Source: a virus (taxonomy: Duplodnaviria > Caudoviricetes). From it: a DNA stretch of 56,911 bases. Location of the stretch: the IMG/VR virus record IMGVR_UViG_3300044541_000010, positions 1 to 56,911 of that record; one strand, given 5' to 3'. Position 1 is the stretch's first letter; each line of letters begins with the position of its first letter. Shown here in pieces: positions 35,812 to 46,310 of the stretch. Below the pieces are notes generated by a model. It saw only the letters and a list, made by a program, of their open reading frames with translations, was not told the DNA's origin and did not search any database. The position numbers and the translations under genes were made by a program.

Positions 35812-38502
35812 ATGGCAAACCAGAGCGTCGGCTCCATCCGAGGTACCATCAAGATAGACTACGATGGTAAGGGGATCGTCGAGGCCATCCGCGACACCGA
35901 CGACGCCAAGGGGTCGATGGGGAAGCTGGACAAGGCCGCGAACCTGATCCTGGGCACCTTCGGCAAGTTCGCCAAGGGCGCCTTCAAGGTTGGGGCCGCC
36001 GCTCTGACCATCAGCGGTGGACTCCATACCGTGGCCGGCATCCTCGCCACCATCGGCCCGCTGATCGGTGCGGGGTTGGCCACACTGCCGGCCGTGCTCG
36101 CCACGGTGGCGTCTGCGGTCATCGTCGGCAAGATCGCAGTGATGGGCATGGGGAAAGCCCTCCAAGCGGCGAGCGGTGACGCGAAGGAATTCGACAAGGC
36201 GATAGCCGGACTACCGAAGAATGCGCAGGCGTTCGCGAAGGCGTACCGCGAGAGCTTGCCCGCGCTGAAGTCCGTGCAGTCGGCCATTCAGAACGCGTTC
36301 TTCAAGGGGTTGGCACCCCAACTCACGGCCACCGTGAAGACATTCACGGGATTCAAGCGCGGTGCCTCGGGTGTGGCCACCGCGATGAACATGGTTGTCA
36401 AGCAGGTCTTGCAGTTCGCCCGGTCCCCGATCTTCATCAAGGCCGTAGAGGTCGCGATGGACAACGTCCGGACGATCCTCCGAGGCATCGCGCCGCTGAT
36501 CGGTCCGCTGCTCAAGTCGTTCGCTGGCCTCGCCGCGCAGGGCAACACGATCGGGGCGAACCTCGTAGGCCCGTTGCGCAACGGGTTGACTACCATCACC
36601 AAGTTCGTCAACGGCGTCGACCTCGCGAAGGTGTTCGCGAAGGCCGGCCCGATCATCAGCGCCATCAGCACGACGTTCTCCACCATCGGCGGCATCATCG
36701 GCCCGATCTTCTCGACGCTGACCAACGGCGGACAGAACGCGGCGGGCATCCTCGGGACGATGGCCAAGCAGTTGGCCGACTTCCTCGCGTCGGCACAAGG
36801 CAAGGAGGCGCTCGACGCGCTGGGCAAGGCATTCGAGGCTATCAGCACCGGGGCCGGTCAGGTGTTCCTGGCGCTGCTCCAGGCGGCTGGCCCGATCCTG
36901 ATCGCGCTGGCGCCCGGCATCACCGCGCTGGCCACACAGATCAGTGCCGCACTCGTCCCGGCTATTCAGACGGTGGCTCCGATCCTCCAGGACGTCGCCA
37001 AGTGGTTGTCTGAGAACGTGTCGTGGCTCGGGCCGTTCGCTCTCGGGGTCGGTGTGGTGGCCGTAGCGATCAAGGGCTACATCGCCGTGCAGACGGTGTG
37101 GAACAACGCGCAGAAGCTCGCCACGAAGCTCAAGCTCAAGGACGCTGCCGCGTGGACGTTGCTCAAGCTTCAGCTCTTACTGACTCGTGCGCAGCTCGTC
37201 GCGTTCACGTTGTACCAGAAGGGCGCGGCGGCTGGCGCGTGGGTGCTGAGCACGGCCAAGATCTTGGCGAATCGCGCGGCCGTGCTCGCGGTGTGGCTCG
37301 CCCAGAAGGCGCAGTTGATCCCCGGTCTCATCGCGTCGACAGCGGCCGTGGTGAAGAACACCGCCGTGACTGCGTTGAACGCGGCCATGAGGGCCGGTGC
37401 GTTCCTGGCCTCGTGGGTGGTCACCACCGGAGCAATGATCGCGCAGAAGATCGCGATGCTCGCCACGATCGTAGTCATGAACGCCATCAAGGTGGCGACG
37501 CTCGCGTGGACCGCCGTCCAATGGCTGCTCAACGCGGCGCTCGATGCCAACCCCATCGGGATCATCATCATCTTGATCGCGGCCCTCATCGTCGGCATCA
37601 TCATGCTGTGGAAGCACAGCGAGACGTTCCGCAAGATCGTGATGGCGGTGTGGAACGGCATCAAGTTCGTCGTGATGGCCGTCGTGAACTGGATCAAGGA
37701 CACGGCGGTGCCGTGGCTGAAGGCCGCATGGAAGGCCATCTCCGACGCCGCGACGTTCATGTGGAACCTGGCGCGAGCCGCGTTTAACACCGGCCTGGCC
37801 GTGGTGAAGAAGGTCATCGCCTTCATCGTCAACATCATTAAGACAGACATCGCCGTCATCATGGCTGTGTGGGATCGCATCAAGCAGATCCCCACGATCC
37901 TGCACAACGCGTTCACGCTCGCCTACAACAAGGTGAAGTCGATCGCCAGCACGATCGTCGCCTACGTCAAGGGGTTGCCGGGTAAGCTGATCTCGGCACT
38001 GGGCAATCTCGGGTCGCTGCTCTACAACAAGGGCAAGGACTTGCTCCAGGGCTTCCTCGACGGAATCAAGTCGGTGATCGGCAAGATTGAGGACACGATC
38101 AAGGGCGTGGTCGGGAAGATCACCGACTTCCTCCCCGGCTCGCCGGCCAAGAAGGGACCGTTGTCCGGCCACGGCTACGTGCTGCTCCGAGGCCAGCGGT
38201 TCATCACCGACTTCGCCAAGGGCATGGACAACGCCGGCAAGCGGCCCGTACGGGCCGTGAGGAGCATCGTGTCACCGGTTGCGCAAGCGGTACCGTCCAC
38301 TGCCTCTGCGACCGTCTCAGGGGCCTCTACGCGTGCTGCTGCGTCGACCTCGCACGGGCCGTACGCGTTCATCCTTGACGGCAAGGTGTTCGCTAAGTTC
38401 GTCATCGACACGGTGACGGGCGAGCCGCAGGTTATCTCCGACACGAACTCCGAGGGATCGCGCCTGGTCGCGTGGGCCGGATCGGGAAGGAACGGATCAT
38501 GA
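35812..38502 (+). CDS. Tape measure protein
   Basis: Long Ala/Ile-rich helical protein; AAL.ANPIG, SETFR, W-periodic repeats, PGSPAK.GPL. Confidence 0.92.
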   Translation: MANQSVGSIRGTIKIDYDGKGIVEAIRDTDDAKGSMGKLDKAANLILGTFGKFAKGAFKVGAAALTISGGLHTVAGILATIGPLIGAGLATLPAVLATVASAVIVGKIAVMGMGKALQAASGDAKEFDKAIAGLPKNAQAFAKAYRESLPALKSVQSAIQNAFFKGLAPQLTATVKTFTGFKRGASGVATAMNMVVKQVLQFARSPIFIKAVEVAMDNVRTILRGIAPLIGPLLKSFAGLAAQGNTIGANLVGPLRNGLTTITKFVNGVDLAKVFAKAGPIISAISTTFSTIGGIIGPIFSTLTNGGQNAAGILGTMAKQLADFLASAQGKEALDALGKAFEAISTGAGQVFLALLQAAGPILIALAPGITALATQISAALVPAIQTVAPILQDVAKWLSENVSWLGPFALGVGVVAVAIKGYIAVQTVWNNAQKLATKLKLKDAAAWTLLKLQLLLTRAQLVAFTLYQKGAAAGAWVLSTAKILANRAAVLAVWLAQKAQLIPGLIASTAAVVKNTAVTALNAAMRAGAFLASWVVTTGAMIAQKIAMLATIVVMNAIKVATLAWTAVQWLLNAALDANPIGIIIILIAALIVGIIMLWKHSETFRKIVMAVWNGIKFVVMAVVNWIKDTAVPWLKAAWKAISDAATFMWNLARAAFNTGLAVVKKVIAFIVNIIKTDIAVIMAVWDRIKQIPTILHNAFTLAYNKVKSIASTIVAYVKGLPGKLISALGNLGSLLYNKGKDLLQGFLDGIKSVIGKIEDTIKGVVGKITDFLPGSPAKKGPLSGHGYVLLRGQRFITDFAKGMDNAGKRPVRAVRSIVSPVAQAVPSTASATVSGASTRAAASTSHGPYAFILDGKVFAKFVIDTVTGEPQVISDTNSEGSRLVAWAGSGRNGS

Positions 38503-39419
38503 GGGGTTACCGCACCGACGCCCCGGTGTACTTCGGATTGCCGGGACAGCTCGTCAGTATGCCGAGTCCACGCGGCGGCATGGCCGCGCCAGTGGACCGT
38601 GAGGTGTTCGACTTCGAGTCAGGCTCGGGTGGTCACCGGATCTCCACGCTGTTGGGCACATCACGCTCGTACTCCCTCACGTGGGCGGCACTGCATCAGT
38701 CCACGTTCGACAAGATCAATGCGTACTGGGTCGGCGCGATGGGTCCGGGGCCGTTCTGCATCATCGACCCGTCGCGACCCAACCTGCTCACCGTGAACCA
38801 GGCCGCCGCGACTGCGCAGTGGAACGACGCGACTGACTTCACGCTCGGCGGGGTGAACCACGGCGCCCTGTCGAGCAACAAGACGACCACACTCATCCAC
38901 CGGACCAACGGCGTGCGATCGTTGCGGTGGCTGTTCTCCGGGTCGCTCGCCGCGACGTGCACCGTGAGCATGTCGTCGCCTTACGCGTTGTGGCCCGGTA
39001 TCCCCGTGCTCCCGTCGGTGTCGTACACGTTCGCCTTCTGGTGCAAGCCTGACGGCGTGGTGGACAGCAACATCACCACAGGCGCGACGATCACCTGGTA
39101 CGACGTGACCGGGGCCGTCATCAGCACGAGCACCCTCACGGCTGCGGCGGTGACCACGTGGACTCAGCTAGTACTGACGGCCACTGCGCCGAGCACAGCG
39201 GCCTACGGGTTGCCGGCCCTCACGGTGACGTCGTCCACGGTCACGTCAGGCGGTTCGCTGTACGTGGACGAGCTGGTGTTTGAGCAGGACTCGGTCGCCA
39301 ACGAATGGGCTCCCGGGACTGGTGTCTACCCGGTCGGCATGACCAACTGGACCGAGGCCGTACCGTTCGATGCGTTGTTCCGGGTGTCCCCGGTACTGTC
39401 CCTGAGGGAGGTCAAGTGA
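38499..39419 (+). CDS. Minor tail protein (Dit-like, with CBM-like insertion)
   Basis: Follows TMP; YTFAFWCK...LYVD jelly-roll pattern. Confidence 0.7.
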   Translation: MRGYRTDAPVYFGLPGQLVSMPSPRGGMAAPVDREVFDFESGSGGHRISTLLGTSRSYSLTWAALHQSTFDKINAYWVGAMGPGPFCIIDPSRPNLLTVNQAAATAQWNDATDFTLGGVNHGALSSNKTTTLIHRTNGVRSLRWLFSGSLAATCTVSMSSPYALWPGIPVLPSVSYTFAFWCKPDGVVDSNITTGATITWYDVTGAVISTSTLTAAAVTTWTQLVLTATAPSTAAYGLPALTVTSSTVTSGGSLYVDELVFEQDSVANEWAPGTGVYPVGMTNWTEAVPFDALFRVSPVLSLREVK

Positions 39420-42400
39420 CCGCGCTAAGTGACGCGTTGGCATCGGTAGCGCCGGCATGGGTCCGGCCGCTGGTCAAGACCGATTGGCGACGGTCGAGCG
39501 AAGGATACGGCGGAGACGGTACGTACGACGACCTCACCGACCAGACCGGCTCATCGTTCGACGTCGACCACTCGTACGACGACGGGCTGCCTGACCCGGT
39601 GACGTACACGAGTGGTGCCACGGCCTCTGGTGCGCTCGGGATCGGCACGGTGCTCGGTCGGTACGGTCGCAAGATCTCCAACTTCAAATGGGGTGCCTCG
39701 ACCAGCAGCACCTACGACACCAGTGCACCGGCCGGCAATGTCGCAGATCAGGGTGACATCAGCGTGCTGACCGAGCAGGTAGCCGGTACGGTCCGAGTCA
39801 TCGTGATCTGCTGGTACGACAACCTGGGTTCACCCCAGACCATGCGCCAGTACCCAGCTCAGTACGATGTGATCGTGCCCGAGACGGTGAACGGTCGGCT
39901 CCACACCATCATCCTGGGTCAGGCGTTCACCGAGCGGAAGGCCATCAACACCGGGGGCCGGTTCTACCTGTCCGGTGCGGTGTCCGCGTGGATCTGCTTG
40001 GAGATGACGGGGCAGGCGTATGACGTTGCGGGCGGGTGGGTGCCGTGCCAGTTCGCCTCCAAGGCCATCCAGACGGACGCTGTGTCGGGAACGGTATACA
40101 CCGGCCCGGCGATGACGTTCACGTCTGACGATGCGTCTAAGGCGATCCCACTGGGGTTCTTCGTGAACTTCGGCACCGGGTCCGGGTGGGCGACGCACAC
40201 CGGATGGGGAGTGCAGGCGGTCATCAACACGTCAACCAACTTCCTGCACCTCGCCGCAGTGTTGCCGCAGGCTGCCTTCTCGGTGAACTTCCCTGGATCT
40301 GCGCCTGGCACGTACACCCCGACATGTGACGCCGGAGCAGTGCCCACGGCCATCCAGGCCGCATCGATCCTCATCGAACCGGTTGAGCCGGGGGCCATGG
40401 ATGCTCGACGGTACTTCTCTCCGTTCGCTCCCGAGAGTCCGATCTACCACTTCGACCGGGACGTCTCCCCGTTGACGCTGGATATGGGCATCCTCACGGA
40501 CACCGGTCCGCAGTACGTCCGGCTGTTCACCGGCCAGATGTCGGGTGTGGACGTGAAGGGCCGAGTCGCGAGTATGGGCGGTGTCTCGGCCACCCGTATC
40601 AAGATGATGCAACCGGTTCAGCCTCCGCTGGTGAACGGCAACATCACCGGGGCGAACATGACCTGGCTCGTGACTTACCTCATGGGCGAATGCGGGCTGT
40701 TCTATTCCACACCGACGCCCCGGCTCACGCGGCTGTGGGCGACCCTCCATGGATCGATGGCGTTGAACCTCGGACGCCGGCCGTTCAACAGCCCGATACC
40801 CATCTGCCAGGCGTGGTCCTACACCGTCATCGACGGAACCAACACGACGGCGACTCCATCGTGGACAGACGGGCCGTTCCTCAACGCGATGGACGCGTGG
40901 CAACGGGCTGACTCGGGCCACGAGCTGGTCATGCGGTTCCGTCCGGCGCAGGACTGGCCCGCCAACTACCCGGACCGTGACTCGTCATGGGCGTCGGTCA
41001 CCGGCTGGTGGGACGCGTTGTCTCAGTCCAACTCCATTGGCCGCGTGAGCTTCTGGGTCCGAGGCGACGCGCATACCGTGACGCCGGCCTACACCATCAC
41101 CTCCGGCGTGTCAGCTCTCACGGAGTTCCAACTGGGTGCGGTCACGGCTGCGTCGGCCACGGTCGCGGCGGTGTTCGGCGGCATCACGTCCGACGCCGGC
41201 CGACACCCGTACGTGCGGCTGCTCGACAACTCCGGCCATGACACCACGTGGACGGCGACTCAGTCCTTGCCCTCGGATGGCGCGTGGCACTTCGTGTCTC
41301 TCACGTACGACTGGGCGAGCGGTACTGCGAAGTCGTACATGAACGGCGTGCAAGAAACGACCTCCGGCATCGTGACGACGGACGCGGATGCGCCGATCGG
41401 CGAGGTGTACTGGGAGTCGTTGAACAACCACATGGGAGCTCAGTTCACCTCGCGCCTACCGGTGGCCGAGCTGATCTGGGAGTGTGGACCGTCGGTGTAC
41501 TCCAGCACGTACCTAGACGCGGCGTTCACTGCTACCGCCGTGGTGCGTGTGGTTGACGATGACCTGGTCTGCATCGCTGAGCCGGGACCGCGCGCCGCGT
41601 GGGACCTGATGGTAGACCTGGCACAGGCGTCACTGTCGTCCTACCGGTGTGACGAGCTGGACCGCGTGTGCTTCTTGCCGCTGTCTTACTTCGGCGAGGC
41701 GGCGCAGCTCACGTCAACCGAGATCATCGACACGCAGACCAATGCGCAAGACCTCGACGTCAAGAAGGATCCCACGAAGATCCGTAACTCGACGACCGTG
41801 CAGTTCTTGGCGACTACGGTGGGGTCGCCGTTCCTCCCGGTCACGGTGTTGTCTATGGATGAGGGCGTTCCGCTCGCCGTCGGTACGACAGACCTCGTGT
41901 ACGAGCTGGACACGCCCATCGGTGACGTGTACCAGGTGAGCTCCACGATCCAGATGTTGTCCGAGACGCAAGTCAACGCGGGTGCACCACCGGTAGGTGT
42001 GGGCCACTGGGCCACGGTGAACACCGAGCGAAACGGAACTGGCACCTACATCACGTCTTCGGCCATCACCGGGGCCATCATCGCGGCCGACTCGCTGACG
42101 ATGACCATTCGCTGGAAGAACACCTCCACCAAGACCGTCTACCTGGTGAACGACAACCCTGACGGATTCCCGGTTCTAGTGCTCCGAGGTGTGCCGCTGC
42201 TCCAGGTTCCTGGATACGCCACGGTGTCTGACGACACGTCGGTGGCTAGGCGTGGCGCGCGGTCGCTGTCGTCACAGCTCGACTACATCCAATCCCGGGC
42301 CGTGGCGGCTGATGTCGCGGCCACGCTGACCACGATGCTGTCCAAGCCGCGCGGTGAGGTCACGGTGCACGTGATGGGTAACCCGACGCGGACGCCCGGA

Positions 42401-42577
42401 CAGCTGGTGACGATCGCAGACAGTCAAGGGACCGAGGCGTCTGGGACGTGGCGAGTCTTGGCTGTGCACCACGTGAGGAACGGTGCCGAGTTCACGCAAG
42501 ATCTATCACTAGTTCAGGTGGGACCGGTGGCGCTTTGGAACACCGGGCTCTGGGGCGTCAGCGTTTGGAGTGAATGA
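39416..42577 (+). CDS. Large minor tail / baseplate hub protein with LamG-like domain
   Basis: DGAWHFVSLTYD....KSYMNG; C-terminal GNP...PGQLVTI. Confidence 0.75.
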   Translation: MTALSDALASVAPAWVRPLVKTDWRRSSEGYGGDGTYDDLTDQTGSSFDVDHSYDDGLPDPVTYTSGATASGALGIGTVLGRYGRKISNFKWGASTSSTYDTSAPAGNVADQGDISVLTEQVAGTVRVIVICWYDNLGSPQTMRQYPAQYDVIVPETVNGRLHTIILGQAFTERKAINTGGRFYLSGAVSAWICLEMTGQAYDVAGGWVPCQFASKAIQTDAVSGTVYTGPAMTFTSDDASKAIPLGFFVNFGTGSGWATHTGWGVQAVINTSTNFLHLAAVLPQAAFSVNFPGSAPGTYTPTCDAGAVPTAIQAASILIEPVEPGAMDARRYFSPFAPESPIYHFDRDVSPLTLDMGILTDTGPQYVRLFTGQMSGVDVKGRVASMGGVSATRIKMMQPVQPPLVNGNITGANMTWLVTYLMGECGLFYSTPTPRLTRLWATLHGSMALNLGRRPFNSPIPICQAWSYTVIDGTNTTATPSWTDGPFLNAMDAWQRADSGHELVMRFRPAQDWPANYPDRDSSWASVTGWWDALSQSNSIGRVSFWVRGDAHTVTPAYTITSGVSALTEFQLGAVTAASATVAAVFGGITSDAGRHPYVRLLDNSGHDTTWTATQSLPSDGAWHFVSLTYDWASGTAKSYMNGVQETTSGIVTTDADAPIGEVYWESLNNHMGAQFTSRLPVAELIWECGPSVYSSTYLDAAFTATAVVRVVDDDLVCIAEPGPRAAWDLMVDLAQASLSSYRCDELDRVCFLPLSYFGEAAQLTSTEIIDTQTNAQDLDVKKDPTKIRNSTTVQFLATTVGSPFLPVTVLSMDEGVPLAVGTTDLVYELDTPIGDVYQVSSTIQMLSETQVNAGAPPVGVGHWATVNTERNGTGTYITSSAITGAIIAADSLTMTIRWKNTSTKTVYLVNDNPDGFPVLVLRGVPLLQVPGYATVSDDTSVARRGARSLSSQLDYIQSRAVAADVAATLTTMLSKPRGEVTVHVMGNPTRTPGQLVTIADSQGTEASGTWRVLAVHHVRNGAEFTQDLSLVQVGPVALWNTGLWGVSVWSE

Positions 42578-42580
42578 CCA

Positions 42581-43138
42581 ATGACAGGCACATACGATGC
42601 GCTGATCCAGATTCCGGTAGACGGGCAGCCGGTCAGCGTTGACCAGTACGGCATTCCGGTGAGGAATGCGATTCTGGATCTCGACGCGCGGGTGATCTCG
42701 CTGGCTGGTCTGGGTATCCCCGGAGCAGCCGTCACCACGGGATCTAACGGCACGGCGACTTCAGGCACGACCGAGACCCGGGACGCCGTTCTGGGCAACT
42801 ACCAGTTTACGGCCATTGCCAACGTGCGGTACCGGTTGACCCTGGCTGGCCGTGGTCCTAGTTGCACAGTGGTAGCGGACCGGTTTGCCTTGGGCCTGAG
42901 GTACACCATCGGGGGTGCCACACCGACGTCTTCGGATACCCTTCTGGGCCACACCACGACCTGGGTGCCGAGCGTGGCGGGTGGCAATGGTGTGGTCACC
43001 GTCAACCATTCGGCCAGCTTCATCCCCGGTGCCGGTCTCATCACTGTGGCCTCGTTCTGGACGCGGCTCAACGGTACGGGCGTCGCCACGCCGACCGGCC
43101 TGTGTGAGATGTACGCCGAGGCCATCGGTTACGTGTAA
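42581..43138 (+). CDS. Minor tail protein
   Basis: Position; Thr/Gly beta-rich. Confidence 0.6.
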   Translation: MTGTYDALIQIPVDGQPVSVDQYGIPVRNAILDLDARVISLAGLGIPGAAVTTGSNGTATSGTTETRDAVLGNYQFTAIANVRYRLTLAGRGPSCTVVADRFALGLRYTIGGATPTSSDTLLGHTTTWVPSVAGGNGVVTVNHSASFIPGAGLITVASFWTRLNGTGVATPTGLCEMYAEAIGYV

Positions 43139-43165
43139 GAATCGGGTTAACGAGAGGAGCCAGAC

Positions 43166-44038
43166 ATGACTGTCAAACTGGCTGTGTATGACCGGGGCGT
43201 GGATGTCTCCGGGTATCGGATCGGTACGGCCTCGGGTGCGCCGGGCAACCCGTTCAAGTTCGTGATGCGGTACAGCGCGGGGGCCGGCAACACGTCGAAG
43301 CTCACGCAGTGGAAGCTGTGCGAGAAGGGCGAGCTCAAGAAGTTGCTCAGCCTGGGCTACGACTTCATCGCCAACTCCGAGTGGACCGAGGACCGGATCA
43401 CGGAGGGCGCGCGTGCGGGTACCGCCGACGGGACGGCCGACCTCGCGTTCTGGAAGGCGCGCGGACTCAACAAGGGGTCGAGCATCTACGTGTCGTGGGA
43501 CACCAAGTCGTCCCCGGCCCTCTACGGGGCCGTGGAGGCGTATTTGCGGGCATACGGTGCCGCGATGGGTGGTTACTACCACCCGGACCTCTACGGCGAC
43601 GACAAGGCCATTGCCGCCATGTTGTCGCGCGGCGTCATTCGGTACGGGTGGCGGTCCATGTCGGATTCCTTCTCGGGCGACGGTGACTTCTACATGCCGG
43701 GGTCCGACTGGAAGGCGACGGCCGTACGAGTCGCGCGGGTGTCGAAGGCCCACATCTGGCAAGACGGCAACCGGGCCTTCACGGGTGACGCGGATGAGAA
43801 CGTGATCCTGCGCCTCCCGGTCGGCTCGCACCTGGAGCAGACGACGTCGACCACACCTCCGCCGAAGCCGGCCCCCAGGCCCATCACGCACATCGTGGAG
43901 TCGGATGACACCATGTGGTCCATCGCGGACATGTGGAACGTGACCCTCCGCCAACTGGAGGCGGCCAACCCGCACGCCGGCCACCCGGCTGGGAACTTCG
44001 ACGTCATCTACGCAGGCGACGTCATCACGCACCCGTAA
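43166..44038 (+). CDS. Endolysin: DUF1906/GH25-like catalytic domain plus LysM
   Basis: GVD, FVMRY, IYVSWD, LYG, IWQ, D.N; C-terminal HIVESDDTMWSIA..WNVT..QL..AN. Confidence 0.85.
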   Translation: MTVKLAVYDRGVDVSGYRIGTASGAPGNPFKFVMRYSAGAGNTSKLTQWKLCEKGELKKLLSLGYDFIANSEWTEDRITEGARAGTADGTADLAFWKARGLNKGSSIYVSWDTKSSPALYGAVEAYLRAYGAAMGGYYHPDLYGDDKAIAAMLSRGVIRYGWRSMSDSFSGDGDFYMPGSDWKATAVRVARVSKAHIWQDGNRAFTGDADENVILRLPVGSHLEQTTSTTPPPKPAPRPITHIVESDDTMWSIADMWNVTLRQLEAANPHAGHPAGNFDVIYAGDVITHP

Positions 44039-44049
44039 CGGAGGTACCG

Positions 44050-44415
44050 ATGGACTGGTTGATCTGGACGGCCCCGAGCATAGCCACGGGCGAGCTGTCC
44101 GGGTGGCTCGGCAATACCCTCTCCATCGGTGCGCTAGTGATGCTCATCGTAGGCGGCCTGGCCACTAGCCGATTGTGGACGCAGAGCCAGGTGAGCGAAC
44201 TCAAGGCACAGCACGCGGCCACACTGCGGAACGTTGAAGAAGTGTGGAAGGGACGCTGTGACGACGCAGTCCGACGTGAGGACGAGTGGAGGGCCGTGGC
44301 CACCAAGTGGCAGGAGTCCTCCACCGTCCTCGCGGACGGCTTCGAGGCAGTACAGGAGCAGGGGCAGACCATGCTGACTATCGTTCGTGAACTTCAACGG
44401 GCGCGCACGCCATGA
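44050..44415 (+). CDS. Membrane protein (holin-like)
   Basis: One TM plus coiled coil after lysin. Confidence 0.6.
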   Translation: MDWLIWTAPSIATGELSGWLGNTLSIGALVMLIVGGLATSRLWTQSQVSELKAQHAATLRNVEEVWKGRCDDAVRREDEWRAVATKWQESSTVLADGFEAVQEQGQTMLTIVRELQRARTP

Positions 44416-44594
44416 CCGATGACGATCGCGACCGGGCGGAAGCAAAGCGGGAAGCCGAAGATGCATTGCTCCGAGCACAATCACTACAGCGCCGTGGGCG
44501 GACGTTGGTGCGTGGGTGGCGGACATCGCGCGCTGACAACAACTTCCGCCAGATGATCAGGAACCTAGGCGTTGGGGGACAGCAAAATGGTTAG
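44412..44594 (+). CDS. Small lysis-cassette protein
   Basis: Overlapping ORF; R..NNF motif. Confidence 0.55.
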   Translation: MTDDDRDRAEAKREAEDALLRAQSLQRRGRTLVRGWRTSRADNNFRQMIRNLGVGGQQNG

Positions 44595-44937
44595 GGAAGT
44601 CGGAACGATTGCCTTCCAGGTGGCATCGTTCGCGTTCATCGTGTTCACTGTCGGGTTCTTCATGACCGTGCGCTGGTGGACTGATGCACTGGGTCGATCC
44701 ATTGCGGGTGTGGTCGGGTCGAGCGCTGCAATCCTGGTGGTGTCGTTGTGCTACACGCTCGGCGTTCCGATACCCGAGATTCTGTGGGTACGTGCAGTCC
44801 TGTACTGCGTATTTGCCCTTACGATGGGTACCGGGGTGGTCGTGTTCTTCTGGTCTCAATTCATCGCTCCGGCCGTGCGTGCACGACGTTCAGCAAAGCA
44901 TCAGCAGCCTGCTGAAGCGGACCGTTCAGTGAGCTAG
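44587..44937 (+). CDS. Holin-like protein, three TM segments
   Basis: Three hydrophobic segments, WWTDALGR. Confidence 0.65.
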   Translation: MVREVGTIAFQVASFAFIVFTVGFFMTVRWWTDALGRSIAGVVGSSAAILVVSLCYTLGVPIPEILWVRAVLYCVFALTMGTGVVVFFWSQFIAPAVRARRSAKHQQPAEADRSVS

Positions 44938-44958
44938 GTCAATACGACTGGCGATGCT

Positions 44959-45002
44959 TCAGCGGGGGGGTGTTACGGTAGGCTTACCGTACCCCCCGCT
45001 GA
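44959..45002. terminator. Hairpin between convergent genes
   Basis: TCAGCGGGGGG..TACGGTA / TACCGTA CCCCCCGCTGA. Confidence 0.75.
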
Positions 45003-45021
45003 TCGTTGACGGTCCCGGCAA

Positions 45022-45384
45022 TCATTCGATGGTTTCCGAGGTGACCACACCTTCCGGATTACGGAATAGCGCGGGTGTCTTGTCCCGGCGCAACAAGTTG
45101 AATCCCAAGCCGTCGAGCAGTCCGCCGGATACGCGGCGCCTCCATTGCGGGTGTCGTCCGCCGCACTGACACGTCATGTACCCGCCGAGCAGCGAACGCG
45201 TCCACGCCATCGTCTTGTGACCGAATCCTGCGCACGGCGCGTGAACCTCGGTCTCCTCCTCGCGTGTTGGGAAGGCATACGCGGCGATGACTCGGCGGGC
45301 GTTGCTGTCGTCCGGATGGTTGGCGTTGTAGACGGTCTCGGCGGCCTTCCGGTTCTTCGCATAGACAATGACCAGGTACGGCAT
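45022..45384 (-). CDS. Hypothetical protein
   Basis: GAGGAG RBS; lone reverse gene. Confidence 0.65.
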   Translation of the reverse strand: MPYLVIVYAKNRKAAETVYNANHPDDSNARRVIAAYAFPTREEETEVHAPCAGFGHKTMAWTRSLLGGYMTCQCGGRHPQWRRRVSGGLLDGLGFNLLRRDKTPALFRNPEGVVTSETIE

Positions 45385-45494
45385 GGGTCACTCCTCAGTG
45401 TCGGTGGTGTGGTCCAGTGTAGTCGTTTTGGCGTAGCCGGAGGATAGGATAATGTGCTTCACGACACCAACGAACAGAACACGAGGAGCACACC

Positions 45495-46055
45495 ATGCCC
45501 AAGGCCACCAAGACCAAGACCGCCGCGCCGGTCGACGAGATCGAGGAGCTGGACGACGCCTTCGAGGAGCTGGACGAGACGCCGGCCCCGACCCAGAAGA
45601 AGTCCGCCAAGAACGCTGCCGCGAAGCCGGCCCCCAAGGCCGTCGACGAGGACGCGGAGGACGTCGTCAAGTTCGACACGGGCTGGCTCGCGACGATGGT
45701 CACCGAGGCGACCGGCGAGGCGGTCGACGGTCGCGGCGTCCGGATGCTGCTGCGCAAGATGGTGTCCGACGGCGAGCTGGCTCGCGAGGTCGGCACGGAC
45801 CGCACGCGGTACCACTTCCCGAAGGGCCTCAACGACCCGACCGTCAAGAAGGTCATCGCCCGCGTCAAGGGCGGTGCGCTGAAGGCCGCGAAGGCCGAGG
45901 GCCTGGCCCGCGCGACCGGCGGCAAGAAGAAGCCGGTGGCCGACGCGCCGCTCCCCGAGGAGCTGGCCGCGCCGAAGACCAAGACCAAGGCGAAGGCCCC
46001 GACCGAGACGCCGGTCAAGGCGCAGCCGTCCACGCGGACGCGTAGCAAGAAGTAG
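45495..46055 (+). CDS. Lys/Ala-rich DNA-binding protein with central wHTH-like core
   Basis: FDTGWLA...DGRGVRMLLRK...RTRYHF; histone-like tails. Confidence 0.65.
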   Translation: MPKATKTKTAAPVDEIEELDDAFEELDETPAPTQKKSAKNAAAKPAPKAVDEDAEDVVKFDTGWLATMVTEATGEAVDGRGVRMLLRKMVSDGELAREVGTDRTRYHFPKGLNDPTVKKVIARVKGGALKAAKAEGLARATGGKKKPVADAPLPEELAAPKTKTKAKAPTETPVKAQPSTRTRSKK

Positions 46056-46182
46056 TACGTCGGGGAAGTGCGCTAGGTCGAGGTGTCGGGGTCGGTCAGT
46101 CTTCCCCCCGCCGACCCCTTCGTCCGAGAGGTCACCGTTAAGGGCGCACCAGCCGGGAGGCGGTTAGCTCCGGCACACAAGG

Positions 46183-46268
46183 TTGGATGACGTAACGTAG
46201 GGCGTAGACGATCAGCCGGGGTAAGCGGGAGCGGTCATCGTCTGGGGGTTCGACCCCCTCCATCCACA
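46183..46268 (+). ncRNA. tRNA-like structure, non-canonical
   Basis: TTGGATG/CATCCAC acceptor, GGGGG-TTCGACC-CCCTC T-arm, AGACGAT/ATCGTCT stem. Confidence 0.5.
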
Positions 46269-46310
46269 CGCGAGGTCTTCCGGTCGAGCGACCGGCGGAG
46301 GAAGAAGGTA